NCBI GenBank assembly: GCA_003645455.1
Contig: QNFE01000003.1
Coordinates: 1,442-65,441, forward strand
Direction: 5' to 3'
DNA: 64,000 nucleotides
Origin: Gammaproteobacteria bacterium
Lineage (GTDB): Bacteria; Pseudomonadota; Gammaproteobacteria; QNFE01
A program made the position numbers and the translations under genes. The notes beneath the pieces were generated by a model that was not told the origin of the DNA, ran no database searches, and saw nothing but the letters and a program-made list of their open reading frames with translations. Shown in pieces: positions 1 through 9,215 of the stretch. The number at the start of each line of letters is the position of its first letter. Position 1 is the first letter of the stretch.

Positions 1-1
1 A

Positions 2-163
2 GTTTGGATAGCGGAGCTTTTAAATACTGCTATTGAAGCTGTCGTTGATAAAACTGGTGAGGACATTCATCCTTTGGCAGAGAAAGCAAAAGATGTAGGA
101 TCGGCGGCAGTTTTTACAGCTATGGTTTTGTTGGCTTTTGTTTGGTTTGTTATTTTGGTATGA
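2..163 (+). CDS. dgkA: Diacylglycerol kinase, 3' part (runs off the window)
   Basis: Frame 2 translates VWIAELLNTAIEAVVDKTGEDIHPLAEKAKDVGSAAVF..., with the DgkA ELLNxAIEAVVD and AKDxGSAAV motifs; not in the ORF track. Confidence 0.9.
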   Translation, partial: VWIAELLNTAIEAVVDKTGEDIHPLAEKAKDVGSAAVFTAMVLLAFVWFVILV

Positions 164-606
164 ATGTTGTTTTGTATCATCCACAAATACCGCCAAATAC
201 TGGCAATATAATTAGATTATGTGCTAATATACCTGCGTATTTGCATTTGATAAAACCATATGGGTTTTTATTGGATCACAAAAATGTGCGAAGAGCAGGT
301 TTGGATTATCATGATTTGACGCAAATTAAGGAACATGAAAGCTGGGACGAGTTTTTGCAAAGCGTAGATAAAGAAGTTAATATCTATACAGTTAGCACCA
401 AAGGCAAAACTATTTATACTCAACCTGATTTTCAAGATAGTGATTATTTTATTTTTGGATCCGAAATATCTGGATTACCAAAAAAAATAAGAGAGGGGTT
501 TAAAAGTCTAGTTATTCCAATGAGAGCGGGATCTAGATCAATTAATCTGTCAAATAGTGTCGCTATTGTATTATATGAAGTTAAAAGGCAGTTAAGTTTT
601 TATTAA
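160..606 (+). CDS. trmL: tRNA (cytidine/uridine-34 2'-O)-methyltransferase, SPOUT family
   Basis: PQIPPNTGNIIRLC, RRAGLDY, FGSE and RSINLSNSVA motifs; ATG at 160 overlaps the dgkA stop. Confidence 0.92.
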   Translation: MNVVLYHPQIPPNTGNIIRLCANIPAYLHLIKPYGFLLDHKNVRRAGLDYHDLTQIKEHESWDEFLQSVDKEVNIYTVSTKGKTIYTQPDFQDSDYFIFGSEISGLPKKIREGFKSLVIPMRAGSRSINLSNSVAIVLYEVKRQLSFY

Positions 607-629
607 ATTTATTGAGAGTAAAAAACATT

Positions 630-1277
630 ATGAATAAAATTATTGACAACAAAAAACTATATATATTTCTGTGTGCTTTTGTTATTGGCACTTTTACAGG
701 CTGTGGTGGTGGCATAGAAGAGGATGCAGAGGGTGGCGATGAAGAGATAACTTTTTATGAAGAGGAGGGATATTCTTGTTTTGATAAAGAATCAGAAGAA
801 TATGATTCCTTTTTAGATGAAATGGAGTTAGATCGTGACTATATAGACTCTTTGCCTGATGGCGAACAAGAGATAGAATACGATGAAGACGATGAAGAGG
901 CTTATAGCCCTATTCAAGATAAAGCAGATCTTGGAGCCTCTATATGTTTGCTTGAGTCTGATGAGCTTGAAGTAGAAATTGAAGAAGAAGAGGAATCAGA
1001 GGAGCTTGAAGTTACAGCGGAGAGTATTGCAGAATCAGGTAAGTATATCCTATTATCACAAAAATTCTTCTTGTCCAATAGGTTACAGAGTTCTTTAAAT
1101 GCTGTTAATCGTGCCATTAAATTAAATCCATATTCAGCATTAGGTTATCAAATTCGCGGTAGCATTTTCTATAAAGCTCGTTTTTTATCTAAGGCTAAAA
1201 AAGCATGGGAGAAAGCCATTGAGTTGGACCCAACCTTATATAGAGTCCGAATGCATCTGGAGACAATTTATTTTTAA
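630..1277 (+). CDS. Acidic lipoprotein with C-terminal TPR repeats
   Basis: Hydrophobic N-terminus ending FTGC (lipobox-like); D/E-rich middle; TPR pattern AIKLNPYSALGYQIRGSIFYK...AWEKAIELDP. Confidence 0.7.
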   Translation: MNKIIDNKKLYIFLCAFVIGTFTGCGGGIEEDAEGGDEEITFYEEEGYSCFDKESEEYDSFLDEMELDRDYIDSLPDGEQEIEYDEDDEEAYSPIQDKADLGASICLLESDELEVEIEEEEESEELEVTAESIAESGKYILLSQKFFLSNRLQSSLNAVNRAIKLNPYSALGYQIRGSIFYKARFLSKAKKAWEKAIELDPTLYRVRMHLETIYF

Positions 1278-1302
1278 ACTAATGATAAAAAATAACAACA
1301 AT

Positions 1303-2511
1303 ATGATAAAAACTTTATTTGTCGCTATGTTAGTGCTATTTTCAGGTAGTGCCAATTCTACTATGTATAATTTTCAGAGTTCACAAGAATTGGCACAAAA
1401 TCGTTATAATCGTCACCTGGAATCACAACTGTCATCAAGAATTAAAAGGATTGTCGGACACAATGGTTTTGTTATCCATGTTTTTGCGACATTAAACCCC
1501 ACTCAGAAGAAAAAAATAACAAAGAATAAGAAGAATTATAAGAATAAAATATTGTTAATAAACGATCAAATCGCACATTTGTCTGCCAACAACAGTAATT
1601 CTTCTCAACACAACAACAGATCGTCATCAAAATTACCAGGAATGCCTGACAAAAGATTTAATGTTGCTACTGCACAAAATCAGAATCGAGGTGTTGCCGG
1701 ATTTTTATTAGACGGATTATTTGAAAAAAATCCAATAAATGAGCCATTGTTCCATGATTTGATCGTCATGGATACAAAGCAACTACTCAACCAAAATAGA
1801 AATAGATCACCTGGTGTCCCAGATAATGCAAATATACCCCATATAAATAATTCACCACAGGTTGGGTTAAAATCTTTACCAGGATTTGAGATGCATGCAG
1901 ACATCCCAATGACTTCTAAAAAAAACAATCCACCGAACGATAAAATTAAAGCCTTAAAAAACATAAAAAGAATGTATCAACAAAAAAGTAAACTAAAGCC
2001 TAAAACCAAAAACCGTCTTCATAGAAATTATTATGGCGTAAAATCTGTCAAGATTGATGTTTTGCTTGACGAAAGTGTAAGCCTTGAAAAAGAAGAATTT
2101 ATCTCACACCTTATTATTGAGCGAGCAAAACTTTTAAAAAATCCTGCTAATTCTTTGAGCATTGTTCGTGCCCGTTTTGACTATAAAACATGGTCAAATG
2201 GTTATATTCCTCCTCCTATTATTTTTTCACAACCACCAATAATAAGAAAGCCCATAGTTATTCAGCAACAACAATCGCCCCCCCCACAGATTATAAAAAT
2301 AGAGCCTGCAAAACAAGAAATAGTTAAAAAAATATATCCAGAAATACAATTGCCAGAATTTATAAAATATTGGTGGATAGGGTTGTTGATTATATTATTT
2401 ATATGGTTTGTAAGTCACAGATTAAACATCAGAAGATCTGATGAGCAACATCGTAGAATGCAAGAAATGATGATGTTGCAAAACAAATCCCAGGTAAGGT
2501 ATATTAATTGA
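1303..2511 (+). CDS. Exported, membrane-anchored protein with a FliF C-terminal (RBM3)-like split domain
   Basis: Signal peptide MIKTLFVAMLVLFSGSANS; RHLESQLSSRIKRIVGHNGFVIHVFATLN and VKSVKIDVLLDE...HLIIERAKL...NSLSIVRARF resemble the two halves of FliF RBM3; C-terminal TM YWWIGLLIILFIWFV. Start may be 1282. Confidence 0.6.
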   Translation: MIKTLFVAMLVLFSGSANSTMYNFQSSQELAQNRYNRHLESQLSSRIKRIVGHNGFVIHVFATLNPTQKKKITKNKKNYKNKILLINDQIAHLSANNSNSSQHNNRSSSKLPGMPDKRFNVATAQNQNRGVAGFLLDGLFEKNPINEPLFHDLIVMDTKQLLNQNRNRSPGVPDNANIPHINNSPQVGLKSLPGFEMHADIPMTSKKNNPPNDKIKALKNIKRMYQQKSKLKPKTKNRLHRNYYGVKSVKIDVLLDESVSLEKEEFISHLIIERAKLLKNPANSLSIVRARFDYKTWSNGYIPPPIIFSQPPIIRKPIVIQQQQSPPPQIIKIEPAKQEIVKKIYPEIQLPEFIKYWWIGLLIILFIWFVSHRLNIRRSDEQHRRMQEMMMLQNKSQVRYIN

Positions 2512-2523
2512 ATCACAGTTATT

Positions 2524-4893
2524 ATGATAAAACAAACACCACAATATAGATTAAAATATTATACAGTAATATTTTTGTGCTTGTTGTGGCAAAACACTGA
2601 TGCTGAGATTATAGTTCAAAAATATGGTGTGGATGCCAACGTAAATCAAAGATTTAATTCCAACATGGAAAGACGCCTTTCAATACCCATTAAAAAACTT
2701 CTTGGTAATAATAGTTTTATCGTTCAAGTTGATGCCAATCTTAAAAATGTGCAAAAAACAAAAGTCATAAATTTGCCATCAAAACCTGTTAATAACAATA
2801 CCTACCATCCTGCATTAGATTTATACATAAACGATCAATTTGCTCCCAAAATAAACCAAAAATATTCTCCGGTGTATCCTGGTATAAACTCCATGGATTC
2901 AATAAATAAAACAGAATCTAATCACATATACGATTCTTTACAGATGGGATCAGAACCAGATAATGTCATTGACTTCCCTAACCCTAATATTGTTGATAAT
3001 AATGGTAGCTTTTCACAAAATATGCTACTACCTGGCATACAAATAACAAATTCAAGTAAGTATAATTTATCGCCACAACAAAACAGGCAATTGCAAACCT
3101 ATCAAAAATATCAAAAAGCTCAAGCATTGCAAAGAATCAATAAACTTCGTCAAAAAACAAAAAAAAACTATAAATTAATAGGAACTTCAATTAAAGTAGA
3201 TAGATTAAAAATAAATGTTCTTATTGACGAAAATGTTGATTTTGAAAAAGAAGAAATTATTAGAAACCTAATCATAACACAAACGAATTTATCTTTTGAT
3301 AGAGGTGATTCCTTGGAATTAATTAGAACCACTTTCCCAAATGCTATTGATAATAATAAGCATAAAAACCAACAAAATGCCAATGCGAGATATAGGCAAA
3401 ATTATTTACAACCTACGATTGCGCCTGTGCCCAGTCAACAATACCCCCCACAACCTATTGTGTTGCCTCAACCCCAACCACAACCACAACCACAGATTCA
3501 AATCGATAGACAAAATTATCAACCTTCTTTGTTTGACTACTCAGGCATAACCTCTTTACAATTTTTTGACATTAAAAATTTTTTAATAGATTATTGGTGG
3601 TCTGGAATACTTTTATTAGTTTTTATCATATATTATTTTAACAAAAAATCATCCCAAAGAAGATTTAATAACGATGATTATTTTTATAATTTTGCTAACT
3701 CGCAGGCGACTCCTGATCTACTAATACATCGTAGTCAACCTCAAATTATAGCCGAGCCTCAAACTAAAATTATAAATCCGCAACAAAAACCACCTTATCA
3801 GAAAACCTCATCACAGAGAGAAAGATCCTTAGTTAAGGAATATCATGGTAATAGCAATGGTCATGATCGTAAAACTACCGAGGCCTTGAATAAATTAAAA
3901 GAATCCGTTTATAAAGATGAGTTGGTTAATTTGATTATATCACAACCTGCAAATTTTACGGAGCAAATCCAAGAATGGATAAATTCAAATTCCAAACAGG
4001 CAAAAAAATACATCATAACTGCTTATGCTTTATTAGGTGAAGGGATTTTTAACGGTGTGTTTAACAAATTGAGTGACGATGATAAGGCTTCTCTTAATAA
4101 TGCTGTGTTAGAGTATAAAAAAAGCACCAGCAATTCTGATTTTCAAAGGCATTCAAGAGAGCTTTATAGGTTATTTAGTTGTAACATTATGTCAAGACCA
4201 AACAATGCCTCTGGTTTATCAATGCCGTTTGCATTTTTAGAAAAAATGAATAATTCTCATATAAAGTATTTAATAGAAAATGAAAATTACAAAATAAAAG
4301 CCTTAGTTTTGTCTCAATTAAATAGTAAAAAAGCCGCCCAAATTATTAGCGACTATGAAGACCGAGAACGCAGCTTAATTGCAATAGAAATTAGTAATTT
4401 TAGAGAATTGCCAATTGCAACTTTCAGACAAATAGCTACACGCCTAGCAAAACAATCCAAAAAAATCCCAAGTTTTAATAATGTGTTGGTTGATGGAGTT
4501 GAATTATTAGTGAATATGTTAGGACAATTAGATGAGGGTCGTGAAAAAATGATTCTAAATTCTATTAAAAGTTACGATCCAAATTTATTTTTCAAAATTA
4601 AGCAACACTACTTAAATTTTAATGATCTGACAAAGCTACCAAATATTGCATTAAAAAACTTAATAGGTGCCGTAGATAGAAGAATGCTTGCCACGGCATT
4701 AAGTGGTGCTGATGGAGATATAGTTCAAAGATTTTTACAGGTTTTAAGTGAAACATCTGCCAATGCACTTAAATATACTTTAAAACAAATTGGCAATCCT
4801 AGCTCCGATGAAACATTAAAAGCGAAACAATTGATTTCATCACAAGCACGCCACATGTTAAAATCAGGGCTATTGAAAAATCCTGTCGTATGA
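2524..4893 (+). CDS. FliF-RBM3-like / FliG fusion protein
   Basis: Signal peptide; RBM3 halves (MERRLSIPIKKLLGNNSFIVQVDANL; DRLKINVLIDE...NLSFDRGDSLELIRTTF); TM at about 3595-3640; FliF-C-like helix (ISQPANFTEQIQEWI); then FliG N, M and C-like segments (LLGEGIFNGVFNKLS; PFAFLEKM..IENENYKIKALVLSQL; DGVELLVNML..DPNLFFKIKQHYLNFNDL..VDRRMLATALSGAD). Confidence 0.78.
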   Translation: MIKQTPQYRLKYYTVIFLCLLWQNTDAEIIVQKYGVDANVNQRFNSNMERRLSIPIKKLLGNNSFIVQVDANLKNVQKTKVINLPSKPVNNNTYHPALDLYINDQFAPKINQKYSPVYPGINSMDSINKTESNHIYDSLQMGSEPDNVIDFPNPNIVDNNGSFSQNMLLPGIQITNSSKYNLSPQQNRQLQTYQKYQKAQALQRINKLRQKTKKNYKLIGTSIKVDRLKINVLIDENVDFEKEEIIRNLIITQTNLSFDRGDSLELIRTTFPNAIDNNKHKNQQNANARYRQNYLQPTIAPVPSQQYPPQPIVLPQPQPQPQPQIQIDRQNYQPSLFDYSGITSLQFFDIKNFLIDYWWSGILLLVFIIYYFNKKSSQRRFNNDDYFYNFANSQATPDLLIHRSQPQIIAEPQTKIINPQQKPPYQKTSSQRERSLVKEYHGNSNGHDRKTTEALNKLKESVYKDELVNLIISQPANFTEQIQEWINSNSKQAKKYIITAYALLGEGIFNGVFNKLSDDDKASLNNAVLEYKKSTSNSDFQRHSRELYRLFSCNIMSRPNNASGLSMPFAFLEKMNNSHIKYLIENENYKIKALVLSQLNSKKAAQIISDYEDRERSLIAIEISNFRELPIATFRQIATRLAKQSKKIPSFNNVLVDGVELLVNMLGQLDEGREKMILNSIKSYDPNLFFKIKQHYLNFNDLTKLPNIALKNLIGAVDRRMLATALSGADGDIVQRFLQVLSETSANALKYTLKQIGNPSSDETLKAKQLISSQARHMLKSGLLKNPVV

Positions 4894-6386
4894 AAATTTT
4901 TATATTGATATTGTTGCTATTTTCAAATAGTGCAATAGCATGGAAAAATTTTGAAAACATAAATGTCCCAAAAATAATAAAACCAGACGCTAAACAAAGA
5001 TTATTGTTAAAAAAGGGCATAACAGCAATACAAAAAGATAATCTCAAAGAAGCTTTAAATAATCTTGTGCCCATAGCAGATATGGGTTATCTCAAAGCAT
5101 CAGTGAGTTTAGCAAAATACCTATATAAATCAAAGCATATGAAGCTATTCAAGTTATCCCATAAATATCATTATATAGCAGCAAAACACAATATGTGGCA
5201 AAGTCAAGTGGTTATATCATATGCTTACCTACAAGGAGACTACACAAAAAAAAATTTTTTAATGGCAAGGTATTGGTTGGATAAGGCAGCTTATAATGGA
5301 GGTGGCTCTCAGATAGATTCTTTGTATGAGAAATTAAATCAAATCTCTTATAAGCAGGCTAAAATACTGATAGAACAAAAAAAATACAATGCGGCTGAGA
5401 AAATTTTAAAACCCATGGCAAAGATAAGATACAAAAACAGCAAATCTTTGTTAAATAGCATCCAAAAAATTGGCAAAAATGGAGAGAAAAAACAAAAAAT
5501 AGTAGAAAAATTGAATACAAATAATGGTAAAAAAAAGCAAGCAGCAACACAATATCATCTTGCCATTACATATCTAAAAGACAAAAATATTTCAAAAGAA
5601 AAACAACAACGGGCATTAAAATTATTAAAAAAATCAGGTGCTCCTGGAAACTCTTCTGCTCAGTTTAAGTTAGGGCTTATAATGTTAAAAGGTGATCTCA
5701 TAAAACAAGACATAAAACAAGGAATTCACTGGTTAAGAATGAGTGCCGAACAAGAAAATAAAGATGCTCAGTATACTCTGGGAGTGTATTATATATCAGG
5801 AACTAAAATTCCAAAAGATGATTATGAAGCTCACAGGTGGTTCAAACGTGCATCTAATAATGGTCATATAAAAGCCACCCATAATCTTGGTATAACATAT
5901 CTATACGGTATAGGGGTATCATCTGACAAGCCAAAAGCCATGTATTGGCTCAACAAAGCTAAAAAAAATGGCAATTATAAATCGTCCCAAATATTAAAAA
6001 ATCAAAATAATAATAGGGCATCATACAAGGAAAATAAAAAATATAAAAATCATAAAACACATGACAAAAAAGAAATTTACGAAGCAGTTAAGGGTCATAA
6101 TTGGTTTTCAAGCATAAAGGGTAGCGATAAGTATAGCCTGCAATTGTTAGTAGCTTTTAATTTCGATACTTTGTTAAAATTCTTAAAACAAAATAATATA
6201 AAATCGTCATATTTTCATTATAGCCGTAAAACAGATCAGTCCCAAAAACAACATATTTTAATCTATGGTATTTTTGATGATTATGAGAGCGCTTTTGCTT
6301 ATGCTAAAAAAATATCAAATGATTTTAAAAAATTTAAACCATGGGTTAGGAAAATATCTGCAATTGAGGATGAGACAAAATTATAA
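4890..6386 (+). CDS. Exported Sel1-repeat protein with C-terminal DamX-like SPOR domain
   Basis: Signal peptide; repeated AQFKLG/AQYTLG..Y..G..AxxW..AA Sel1 units; C-terminal YSLQL...LIYGIFDDYESA...KPWVRKI SPOR pattern. Confidence 0.8.
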   Translation: MKIFILILLLFSNSAIAWKNFENINVPKIIKPDAKQRLLLKKGITAIQKDNLKEALNNLVPIADMGYLKASVSLAKYLYKSKHMKLFKLSHKYHYIAAKHNMWQSQVVISYAYLQGDYTKKNFLMARYWLDKAAYNGGGSQIDSLYEKLNQISYKQAKILIEQKKYNAAEKILKPMAKIRYKNSKSLLNSIQKIGKNGEKKQKIVEKLNTNNGKKKQAATQYHLAITYLKDKNISKEKQQRALKLLKKSGAPGNSSAQFKLGLIMLKGDLIKQDIKQGIHWLRMSAEQENKDAQYTLGVYYISGTKIPKDDYEAHRWFKRASNNGHIKATHNLGITYLYGIGVSSDKPKAMYWLNKAKKNGNYKSSQILKNQNNNRASYKENKKYKNHKTHDKKEIYEAVKGHNWFSSIKGSDKYSLQLLVAFNFDTLLKFLKQNNIKSSYFHYSRKTDQSQKQHILIYGIFDDYESAFAYAKKISNDFKKFKPWVRKISAIEDETKL

Positions 6387-6390
6387 AAAC

Positions 6391-7392
6391 ATGAATAATA
6401 ACAGCAATAATAAAAATCTATTGATAGATAAGTTTAACCGTCCAATAAAATATTTAAGGATTAGTGTCACGGATAAATGTAATATGCGTTGTTTTTATTG
6501 CCTACCAAAGGATTATAGAGATTTTACAGTTCCAGAGCGTAGGTTGAATTTTATTCAAATTGAAAAAATTGTGAATGCTTTTGCAAATCTTGGAGTGCAA
6601 AGTGTGCGCTTAACCGGAGGTGAGCCTTTGGTTCGTGCTGGAATTTGTGATCTTGTGCGAACCATAAAAAACAATAAAAACATCACGGATCTTTCAATGA
6701 GTACCAATGCGAGTTTATTGATAGATAAGGCTTATGATTTGAAACAAGCAGGTTTGGATAGATTAAATGTCAGTTTGGATTCTATGAATCCCAAAACTTT
6801 CCATGATATAACCTGTGGTTTTAAATTATCAGATACATTAAATGGATTAGAGGTGGCTAAAAAAGAGGGCATAACTCCCATTAAAATAAACATGGTCATT
6901 ATGAGGGGCATCAACGATAATGATATAGATAATATGATAGAATACTGTATGGAGAATAAATTTGTTTTAAGGCTTATTGAGGCTATGCCTGTTGGTATAG
7001 GAGGTCGCAAAGCACGCGATTATTATATCAATCTTAACGAGGTGATTGACGATTTAAAACAAAAATATAATTTAATAAAAACAGAATTTATGGGTTCTGG
7101 TCCTGCAAAATATTATAAAATAATGGACACTAATTTTAAAATTGGCTTCATAACACCAATATCACAACATTTTTGTGATGCTTGCAACAGAGTAAGGCTT
7201 TCGGTGGATGGAATGTTGTATCTATGCTTAGGGGAGGATAATAAAGTTGATCTGAGACGGCATTTGATGCAAAATATATCCGATGATGGTTTGGAGCAAA
7301 TTATCAAAGATGCTATATTAAAAAAACCAGAGAAGCATACTTTTTCAAAAGAATCAACAACATATAGACCCATGTCTTTTACTGGAGGTTAA
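6391..7392 (+). CDS. moaA: GTP 3',8-cyclase (molybdenum cofactor biosynthesis)
   Basis: YLRISVTDKCNMRCFYC, LTGGEPL, FCDACNRVRL and C-terminal MSFTGG; start moved to ATG 6391. Confidence 0.95.
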   Translation: MNNNSNNKNLLIDKFNRPIKYLRISVTDKCNMRCFYCLPKDYRDFTVPERRLNFIQIEKIVNAFANLGVQSVRLTGGEPLVRAGICDLVRTIKNNKNITDLSMSTNASLLIDKAYDLKQAGLDRLNVSLDSMNPKTFHDITCGFKLSDTLNGLEVAKKEGITPIKINMVIMRGINDNDIDNMIEYCMENKFVLRLIEAMPVGIGGRKARDYYINLNEVIDDLKQKYNLIKTEFMGSGPAKYYKIMDTNFKIGFITPISQHFCDACNRVRLSVDGMLYLCLGEDNKVDLRRHLMQNISDDGLEQIIKDAILKKPEKHTFSKESTTYRPMSFTGG

Positions 7393-7399
7393 TATTGTT

Positions 7400-8008
7400 A
7401 TGAATAAACAGCAATACTGGGATAATATCTATGACAACAAAAATCATAATGAGTTAAGTTGGCACCAAAGCATGCCAAAAATATCGTTAGATCTTATCAA
7501 AAAAACAAAAATAAAAAATCATATTATGGATATAGGAGGAGGAGCATCGAGTCTATTAGATAATTTGTGTGAAGCAGGATATGATAATTTATCAGTTCTT
7601 GATATATCACAGAGCGCTATAAAAAAGCTTCGTCTGAGATTGGCAAAATTTAATACAAAAATTACTTACTATGTATGTGATATTACCAAATTCAAAGTAA
7701 AAAATAATGAATATAATCTATGGTATGATAGGGCAGTTTTTCATTTTTTAATTCATCAACAGGACAGAAAAAAATATCTAACAATATTAAAAAATACACT
7801 CAAAAAAAAAGGTTTTGTTATCATAGCAACTTTTAACAAAAATGGACCTAACATGTGTAGCGGTTTAGAGATAAGAAAATATGACCAAACAAAAATCTGC
7901 CAAGAAATGGGTGATGATTTTAAATTGATAACAGCAATTGATGAAAATCATCTAACCCCATCAGGGGCAACCCAAACATTTGGTTATTTTTTATTCCAAT
8001 ATTTGTAA
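7400..8008 (+). CDS. Class I SAM-dependent methyltransferase
   Basis: MDIGGGASSL, LDIS, WYDRAVFHFL motifs. Confidence 0.85.
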   Translation: MNKQQYWDNIYDNKNHNELSWHQSMPKISLDLIKKTKIKNHIMDIGGGASSLLDNLCEAGYDNLSVLDISQSAIKKLRLRLAKFNTKITYYVCDITKFKVKNNEYNLWYDRAVFHFLIHQQDRKKYLTILKNTLKKKGFVIIATFNKNGPNMCSGLEIRKYDQTKICQEMGDDFKLITAIDENHLTPSGATQTFGYFLFQYL

Positions 8009-8013
8009 TTTTT

Positions 8014-8298
8014 ATGCAAAAAATAATTTTTATAATTCTATTGTTTTTATTATTGACCTTGCAATATAGATTTTGGTTTGGTAAGGCAAATTATAATCAG
8101 TTACAAGATCTGCAAGAGCGCATAGAGACATTAAACCAACAGATAGAGACAATGAACAAGCAAAATAGAGAATATGGAGCAAAAGTGCAATTACTAAAAA
8201 AAAGACTTGATGCGGTTGAGGAATATGCTCGATATGAATTACATATGAAAAAGAAAAATGAAGAATTTTATCCGCTTGATAAAAATCTTGCAAAATGA
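8014..8298 (+). CDS. ftsB: Cell division protein FtsB
   Basis: TM followed by LQYRFWFGK, coiled coil, EEYARYELHMKKKNEEFY; directly upstream of ispD. Confidence 0.9.
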   Translation: MQKIIFIILLFLLLTLQYRFWFGKANYNQLQDLQERIETLNQQIETMNKQNREYGAKVQLLKKRLDAVEEYARYELHMKKKNEEFYPLDKNLAK

Positions 8299-8966
8299 TT
8301 ACAGCCATAATTCCTGCCGCAGGGTGTGGGCAGAGAATGAAAAACAAAACCCCAAAACAATATTTAAAAATTGCTGATAAAACTATTTTAGAGTGGAGTT
8401 TGCAAGAATTTATATCTCATCCAAAAATAGATAAAATAATAATCGCTATCAACAAAAATGATAATTTTTTTAAAACAACTAATCTTATAAACATCAAAAA
8501 AATAACAACCTGCATCGGGGGAGATAGTCGTTTTGATAGTGTTTATAATGCGATGAGAACGATAAAAAACGAGGACGATAATTATTTTGTGATAGTGCAT
8601 GATGCCGCTCGTCCGTTATTTAACAAAAAAGATTTAAACAATTTATTAGAGGCAAAAAATGATAGTGGAGCGATTCTTGTTGCCAATATTAATGAGACTG
8701 TAAAAAAAGTTATCAATGGCAAAATTCAAAAAACTCTCAATAGGGACAACTTATACCGGGCTTTAACACCACAATTTTTTAAACTTAGCTTATTAAAAAA
8801 AGCCTTTGAAAATGCCAAAAATAAAAAAATAAATATAACGGATGAATCGATGGCAGTTGAAAATTTAGGAGTTAATCCTGCGATTATCATAGGAGATGCC
8901 AACAATATAAAAATCACGACCAAAGAAGACTTAGATTATGCGAAAGAATTACTAATTTCATCGTAG
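8295..8966 (+). CDS. ispD: 2-C-methyl-D-erythritol 4-phosphate cytidylyltransferase
   Basis: IIPAAGCGQRM..PKQYL, VHDAARP, TPQFF, NIKITT. Confidence 0.95.
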   Translation: MITAIIPAAGCGQRMKNKTPKQYLKIADKTILEWSLQEFISHPKIDKIIIAINKNDNFFKTTNLINIKKITTCIGGDSRFDSVYNAMRTIKNEDDNYFVIVHDAARPLFNKKDLNNLLEAKNDSGAILVANINETVKKVINGKIQKTLNRDNLYRALTPQFFKLSLLKKAFENAKNKKINITDESMAVENLGVNPAIIIGDANNIKITTKEDLDYAKELLISS

Positions 8967-8974
8967 CGGACGAA

Positions 8975-9009
8975 AATAATTAATAATTAACAGTTATTAG
9001 TTAATAGTG
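8975..9009. repeat. Degenerate 7-bp tandem repeat
   Basis: aataatt aataatt aacagtt attagtt aatagtg; similar tracts at 9243-9277, 60298-60362, 60685-60719. Confidence 0.6.
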
Positions 9010-9062
9010 AACGGACAACCAAAATCCTCCACACAACAAAAATCCCACAAAACCAAAAAACC

Positions 9063-9215
9063 CCGTCATTGCGAGGCGGACGGAAAAATGATGTAATATC
9101 AAGCACTTAAACCGCCACGGCAATCTCTTGAGGGGATAACGGACACCCAAAGAGATAACCACGGCAGTTGATTGCACCAGTTCCTCTTTTCTCTCCGTCT
9201 GCCTCGTTATGACGG
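9063..9215. repeat. 153-bp palindromic element (GTCATTGCGAG family), copy 1
   Basis: Imperfect terminal inverted repeats ccgtcattgcgaggcggacgga / tccgtctgcctcgttatgacgg; near-identical direct copy at 12110-12262. Confidence 0.9.

Noticed and set aside
1303..4893. Ordinary flagellar fliF-fliG genes
   Set aside because: No RBM1/RBM2 region, fused architecture, degenerate FliG motifs and no fliE/fliH neighbours, so no gene symbol was assigned
6265..6390. ORF-track N-terminal extensions (moaA, hpt, ugd, rnc, DUF2846 gene, lipoproteins 44308 and 45717)
   Set aside because: They overlap upstream genes or repeats; downstream ATGs give family-typical starts
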